This document shows, piece after piece, positions 36,157 through 41,116 of a stretch of 41,116 nt of DNA. The DNA lies in assembly GCA_030753365.1 (NCBI GenBank), contig JASMCJ010000061.1, forward strand, positions 1-41,116, read 5' to 3'. Origin of the DNA: Candidatus Woesearchaeota archaeon. GTDB lineage: Archaea; Nanobdellota; Nanobdellia; Woesearchaeales; GCA-2687795. Below the pieces are notes generated by a model that made no database searches, was not told the origin of the DNA, and saw only the letters and a list, made by a program, of their open reading frames with translations. The position numbers and the translations under genes were made by a program. The first letter of the stretch is position 1, and each line of letters starts with the position of its first letter.

Positions 36157-37482
36157 ATGCATAAAAATAAGGACTACAAAATCATAATACTCCTATTTGC
36201 CCTCTTTATCCTATTCCTAACACTAAACAATCTAAGCCCATCATTATTCTGGGATGAAAACGCATACCTTGGAAATGCGCGTTCTCACATCTCACAAAGC
36301 AGGTTCACTGAAGACTACCGATTTCCTTTGCTTGAATACATACTAGCTCTCGCATGGAAACTCACAGGAGAAAGCATCTTCACAGCAAGGCTTATAATGA
36401 TACTCTTCACATTAGCAACTATACACCTATTTTATCTCATCACCAAACACCATCTCACCAATCACTATTTAATCTTCACTCTCTTATTCGGCCTAAGCCC
36501 TCTCTTCCTCAAGTGGAGCTTTAGAATCTACACAGACATTCCTTCAATGTTCTTCATCCTGCTTTCATACTACTTAATCTTAAAGAAAAACATCTTTTTG
36601 GCAGGCATCTTCTCAGCCTTAGCATTCCTTTCAAGATTCCCCTCAGCATTATTTCCTCTAACAATAGGCATTTACCTCTTATACAATAAAAAGCCAAAAG
36701 ATCTACTCCTATTCTCAGCAGGTTTCGCCATTGCCTTATTCCCCTGGCTCTTATACAACCAGCTCACATACTCAAACCCAATCTGGGACCTTCAAAACCA
36801 ATACAACATCATAAGCACATACACCTCATCTGAACCACTCTCAAAACACCTAACAAACATAAGCGGCACACTAGGTCTCTTTGCAATCCTCTCTCTGTTA
36901 GGCATCATAATCACTTTAAAAAACAAGAAGTACTTTATACCAAACCTTTACACTCTCCTAAGCATAATCTACTACTCATCATTTGTCAACCTAAAGCTTG
37001 AAAGATATCTTATAATGATTCTGCCCTTCATTTACCTAACAGCTTTTACTGGCTTTCAACTAACAACAAAAAACATCAAAAACAAAAAAGTAATCACTCT
37101 ATTATTATGCTTAATCACAATCTATTTAGGAATATTCTCTATAAAATCTATAACCCAAACATTAGAAAACACCGACTGCAGCAGGAACAGCTCCATACTA
37201 CAATCTGTAAACTATATGGCCTCAAAAAACCTCTCCCATGAAATAATCATAACCAACATCTTCCCTTACATTGGCTACCATATCAACCTTGAATCATACC
37301 ATCTCTGGACAGAAAACATCCAGGCATTACTAATCCGCTACCATCCAGCTTATTTCATCCACAGCAACCATGACGGAACATACTTCAACAGGACAATCCT
37401 TGACAATGAAATATCTTTAAGGTTAGAACAAAGATTCAAAGACAACTGCAATGCAGAAGTCTCTGTATACAAAGTAGTCTAA
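36157..37482 (+). CDS. GT-C membrane glycosyltransferase (GT39/PMT-like)
   Basis: FWDENAY loop motif, RFPL, YTDIPS, multiple TM helices, ERYL. Confidence 0.88.
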   Translation: MHKNKDYKIIILLFALFILFLTLNNLSPSLFWDENAYLGNARSHISQSRFTEDYRFPLLEYILALAWKLTGESIFTARLIMILFTLATIHLFYLITKHHLTNHYLIFTLLFGLSPLFLKWSFRIYTDIPSMFFILLSYYLILKKNIFLAGIFSALAFLSRFPSALFPLTIGIYLLYNKKPKDLLLFSAGFAIALFPWLLYNQLTYSNPIWDLQNQYNIISTYTSSEPLSKHLTNISGTLGLFAILSLLGIIITLKNKKYFIPNLYTLLSIIYYSSFVNLKLERYLIMILPFIYLTAFTGFQLTTKNIKNKKVITLLLCLITIYLGIFSIKSITQTLENTDCSRNSSILQSVNYMASKNLSHEIIITNIFPYIGYHINLESYHLWTENIQALLIRYHPAYFIHSNHDGTYFNRTILDNEISLRLEQRFKDNCNAEVSVYKVV

Positions 37483-38219
37483 ACCTCCCAGCACCCACTC
37501 TCTTTTTCTCTAGAACAAACAGCATACTCCACCTTTCTCTTAACCAGACTCTCAAAAGTTTTCTTAGCAACATCAGGAGAATTATTATTCCCTGACAAAT
37601 GCCCAAGCAAAGCTAAAGAAAGCTCTCCTCCTCTTTCATTAATCAGGCTGCTCGCATGAATATTACTCAAATGCCCTTCATCAGACAAGATCCATTGCTT
37701 AAGGAACGCAGGATAAGGACCATTAATAACCATATCAATATCATGGTTACTCTCCAGCAAAACAACTTTCAACTTAGAAATAGCATCTTCCATCTGCTTC
37801 GTAACCATCCCAGTATCAGTAAACAACCCAAACTTCCCAACAATAAATCCACATGAGCTAACATTATGTGAAGTAACAACCGGCTTAACCTCAACACCAT
37901 CAATCCTAAACGGTTTATCAACACAAAAATTCTTAACCTCAGCATTCCCTATCTTCAGTTTAGCCTCAGAAAAAACATCCTTTGTCATATAAATAGGAAC
38001 ATCATACCTTCTTGACAACACTCCTGCACCAGACAAATGGTCATGATGCGCATGAGTAAGCAACACAGCATTAACATTCTCCATGCTCTTACCTAAACTA
38101 TCCATCCTCATCTCAATCTCACTGCCACTCTTCCCTGCATCAATAAGAAGAGAAACATCCTTCTCCTCAACAAGGCAGCAATTCCCATTACTCCCAGAAG
38201 CTATCACACTTATTTCCAT
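37479..38219 (-). CDS. Metallo-beta-lactamase-fold hydrolase (YycJ/WalJ-like)
   Basis: ASGSNGN, LIDAG, THAHHDH, TDTG, ESNHD, GHLSN, HLSGNNN. Confidence 0.9.
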   Translation of the reverse strand: MEISVIASGSNGNCCLVEEKDVSLLIDAGKSGSEIEMRMDSLGKSMENVNAVLLTHAHHDHLSGAGVLSRRYDVPIYMTKDVFSEAKLKIGNAEVKNFCVDKPFRIDGVEVKPVVTSHNVSSCGFIVGKFGLFTDTGMVTKQMEDAISKLKVVLLESNHDIDMVINGPYPAFLKQWILSDEGHLSNIHASSLINERGGELSLALLGHLSGNNNSPDVAKKTFESLVKRKVEYAVCSREKESGCWEV

Positions 38220-38266
38220 CAAATCACCTTTTTTAAGAAAAATTAGAAAGAGGTTATTTAAATATT

Positions 38267-38899
38267 TTATCTTATAGTCTCTTCAATCTTCCTTGCGCTC
38301 ATAAATCCTTCATAATTCTTATCATTAATCAGCAAAGTAGGAGCAGTTACAACATTATACGCTCTCTTAATCGTATTAAGCGCCACATTATCTATATTAA
38401 TATCAAAAGAATAAATATTCATCTCAGGATACTTCTTGTGCAGATAACTCAAAACATAACCTTGTTCCTCGCATGTTTGGCAGTCTCCTTCATTTGAATA
38501 AAAATAAAGGATATAAGTTCTATTAATCTCGCACTCCTTTTTAGTCTTTTTCACAAACAGCCAATGCCTTAACTCAAGCATAGAATAATACTCCTTCATT
38601 TGCAGCACTGAAGGGTTATCATTCCCCAGCCTGTTCTCCATATAATCCAGCTTAGTACCAATCTCATAAAGTTCTTCCGTTAAAGGTGTTGAATTAAACG
38701 TCTTACATGGCTCTTCCGACACCAGTAAATATTGAAGCTCAATTGCCATAGTATCTATCTTCAAATTCTCAGATAGCTCGTCAATATTTTCCAATTTAAT
38801 TGAAGAAATCTGGTTACCTATAATCAGTCCTATAACAAATATTAAAGTTGTTGTTGCAAACACCGCAAGATACTTAGTCTTTGAAATTTTTTGTCTCAT
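38267..38899 (-). CDS. Membrane-anchored protein with thioredoxin-like C-terminal domain
   Basis: N-terminal TM; YFYS...CQTC...APTLLIN. Confidence 0.75.
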   Translation of the reverse strand: MRQKISKTKYLAVFATTTLIFVIGLIIGNQISSIKLENIDELSENLKIDTMAIELQYLLVSEEPCKTFNSTPLTEELYEIGTKLDYMENRLGNDNPSVLQMKEYYSMLELRHWLFVKKTKKECEINRTYILYFYSNEGDCQTCEEQGYVLSYLHKKYPEMNIYSFDINIDNVALNTIKRAYNVVTAPTLLINDKNYEGFMSARKIEETIR

Positions 38900-40128
38900 A
38901 TTGTCTTATTACCCCACTTTACTCCTTTTCCAAGAATTTTATATCCAAAAGCAGTTATCCACCAAAACCCAAACAGGAACCAGTACATCACCAGATAAAA
39001 CAAATAATTAACCTTTATGCTTGATTTCTCTTTAGATATCTTTTTAGCCACATAAATCATAAAAACACCTACTAACAGGGAGAAAAAGGATAATATTACT
39101 ATCGTGCTAACATCAAAATAGAATATATCAAAATCAAATTTAAACAACTTTGAAATATCAAAATTGATTGAGCTTATATTCAAATAATTCTGTATAATTG
39201 TTCTTGTAACAAATGTATAAACAAAATAAAACAATGAAACTATCACCAATGCAACAGAAAAGAAAGATGCAGGCAGAATAAAAACTCCTAAATTTCCATG
39301 CTGAATGCCAAACAAATCTCTATAATCCAATGTATTATTAATAAACCCAAGATACCATCTTACTCTCTGTTTCAATAAGACCCTAAAATTATAAGGTGCA
39401 ACAGTATACACATTAGCATCAACAGAATTTTCAATCTTAAACTTCTTGCTCTGGATTCTAAGCGCAATCTCAATATCTTCAGTAATATTATTAGTAGCAT
39501 ACCCTCCATAGGTATCAAAAAACTTCTTTCTATAAATAGTAAAAGGTCCAGGAGTCACGTGGATAGATCCTAAAAACGCAAAAATCTTTCTAAGAAAAAC
39601 ACCAATAAGATATTCAATCTGCTGAACCTTCTCCAAAAGCTTCTTTGGTCGATAAACTTTCAGCGAAGGAGTCACTGCCATAACCTCTTCATCTTCAAAA
39701 AACCCAACCATATTCCTAAGGCTATCCTTTTCAACAAAAGAATCCGCATCCAAAGCGCCAACAAACTCCCCTTTGCACCTCTTAAGAGCAAAATTTAAAG
39801 CAACTCCTTTACCTTCATTCTCCTTCCTGAAAAGTTCAATCCCTTTAAACTTCTCAGCAATCTTATAAGTATCATCAGTGCTGCCATCATCAACCACTAT
39901 AATCTCCAGTTTATCTTTTGGATAATCTAGGTTAAGCAAAGACTTAATCGTTCTTGCAATAGTCTTCTCTTCATTATATGCAGGAACAATCACAGACACT
40001 CTTGGCAATCTTTTGCATTTAGGGCTCTTCAATTCATGCTTATTCTCCATTAAAGTTAATAAAAAGAATAGAGCTGTAAATAACCCAAAGAAAGACAATA
40101 CATACACTAAGACATTACCGAATTGCAT
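38896..40128 (-). CDS. GT2 processive-type membrane glycosyltransferase
   Basis: VPAYNEE, VDDGSTD, LDAD, TED and QRVRW motifs plus TM helices. Confidence 0.92.
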   Translation of the reverse strand: MQFGNVLVYVLSFFGLFTALFFLLTLMENKHELKSPKCKRLPRVSVIVPAYNEEKTIARTIKSLLNLDYPKDKLEIIVVDDGSTDDTYKIAEKFKGIELFRKENEGKGVALNFALKRCKGEFVGALDADSFVEKDSLRNMVGFFEDEEVMAVTPSLKVYRPKKLLEKVQQIEYLIGVFLRKIFAFLGSIHVTPGPFTIYRKKFFDTYGGYATNNITEDIEIALRIQSKKFKIENSVDANVYTVAPYNFRVLLKQRVRWYLGFINNTLDYRDLFGIQHGNLGVFILPASFFSVALVIVSLFYFVYTFVTRTIIQNYLNISSINFDISKLFKFDFDIFYFDVSTIVILSFFSLLVGVFMIYVAKKISKEKSSIKVNYLFYLVMYWFLFGFWWITAFGYKILGKGVKWGNKTI

Positions 40129-40171
40129 TTAGTAGCCACCCTCAAGCACCAAGAGATAATCATTCTGTATT

Positions 40172-40275
40172 ATGCACAAAAATGTCGTCCGACATTTTTG
40201 GCATCCTAAAAATCAGCTTGCAGAAGAAAGTGTCCAAACAAACCCTTCACTTTAGTGCAGGGTTAGGACACTTTC
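40172..40275. repeat. Intergenic palindromic (REP-like) element
   Basis: CAAAAATGTC (40177-40186)/GACATTTTTG (40191-40200) and GAAAGTGTCC (40226-40235)/GGACACTTTC (40266-40275). Confidence 0.7.
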
Positions 40276-40277
40276 AG

Positions 40278-41116
40278 CTAATTTTTATGATATTTCCATA
40301 TACTAACATATGGGTTATTATATCTCATTTTAAATGTTTCGTTATTTCTAAGCAAAAACAAAAGTCCATTATTCTCTCCAATCATTTGCTTTAAATTGTT
40401 ATCTATATAAACATACGAAACATCATACTTATCCAACAGCGTCTTTGTTTCCCTAAGGCTTCTGCTATTAAGAATTCTTTGAGTGTCATTCACTTCATTA
40501 CCATACTTTGTTAGCGAATCCAATATAACCTTTCTCCTTGAAAAATACTCAATCCAGAATCCACTCTCTGGATAAGAAAAAACAACATAATCATCTTCTG
40601 AAACATCTCCCAGCCAGGACAATCCTTCTGCAATCTCATCATTTGGCATAAGACTACTCACTCTTGGAACATAAGAAACAACAGAAAATAGAAACCCATA
40701 CAGCAAAAGCAATATAGTAAGATTCCTAATTAGGTTATTCTCCCAATCCATAACACTAAGCCTATAAAAAAACAATCCCGCAAAAACAGCCAAAAAAAAG
40801 TTAAGATAATAATTAGCAGTAGAAGTTAAAAAAGACAAGCCAAACAACATAAAAATAGCAATATACACAAAAGCAAGCTTTGACTTATCCTTCCAACTGA
40901 TAAGAATACCAACTAAAGCTGAAAACAGTGTAAAAACACTAAACCCTATCAATCCCCCTAAATCCGTAATATTCGTCTCAAAAAAGTTCATGCCCACAGC
41001 ACCTATATCTATTGGCAGCCCATAATTAAAATAGAAAAAAACATAATAAGAAACATAAACCGGTAGAAGTAATATAAGGGCCATCTTAAAAGATTTAACC
41101 TTATTCTTATCATACA
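40278..41116 (-). CDS. Partial multi-TM protein, GT-C/STT3-like C-terminus (5' end outside the window)
   Basis: Frame is open to the window edge; TM helices followed by LSWL...VFSYPESGFWIEYF...KYDVSYVYID. Confidence 0.7.
   Translation of the reverse strand, partial: YDKNKVKSFKMALILLLPVYVSYYVFFYFNYGLPIDIGAVGMNFFETNITDLGGLIGFSVFTLFSALVGILISWKDKSKLAFVYIAIFMLFGLSFLTSTANYYLNFFLAVFAGLFFYRLSVMDWENNLIRNLTILLLLYGFLFSVVSYVPRVSSLMPNDEIAEGLSWLGDVSEDDYVVFSYPESGFWIEYFSRRKVILDSLTKYGNEVNDTQRILNSRSLRETKTLLDKYDVSYVYIDNNLKQMIGENNGLLFLLRNNETFKMRYNNPYVSIWKYHKN

Overview
Gene-dense archaeal chromosomal segment. Gene content (MCM, TBP, rpl35Ae, rpl18e, archaeal rps13-rps4-rps11-rpoD operon, Kae1, archaeal ProRS and GluRS, COG1361, PFOR) suggests a DPANN archaeon, probably Woesearchaeota; this assignment is inference. 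Most genes are housekeeping. The striking signal is three free-standing endonuclease genes (two LAGLIDADG-type, one HTH + PD-(D/E)XK-type), each next to a host gene whose sequence has been altered while it still appears functional. (i) porA is split just after its YPITP motif by a 32-nt bulge-helix-bulge (BHB)-like micro-intron, next to a divergent LAGLIDADG gene. (ii) tRNA-Asn(GTT) carries four BHB introns and is preceded by a nuclease gene bracketed by a duplication of the tRNA 5' exon. (iii) A 74-aa gene has a divergent second copy of its 3' half stranded behind a LAGLIDADG gene. The other two tRNA genes (His, Leu) also show duplicated ends separated by hairpin inserts. All calls come from reading the sequence by eye; no database searches or folding programs were run.
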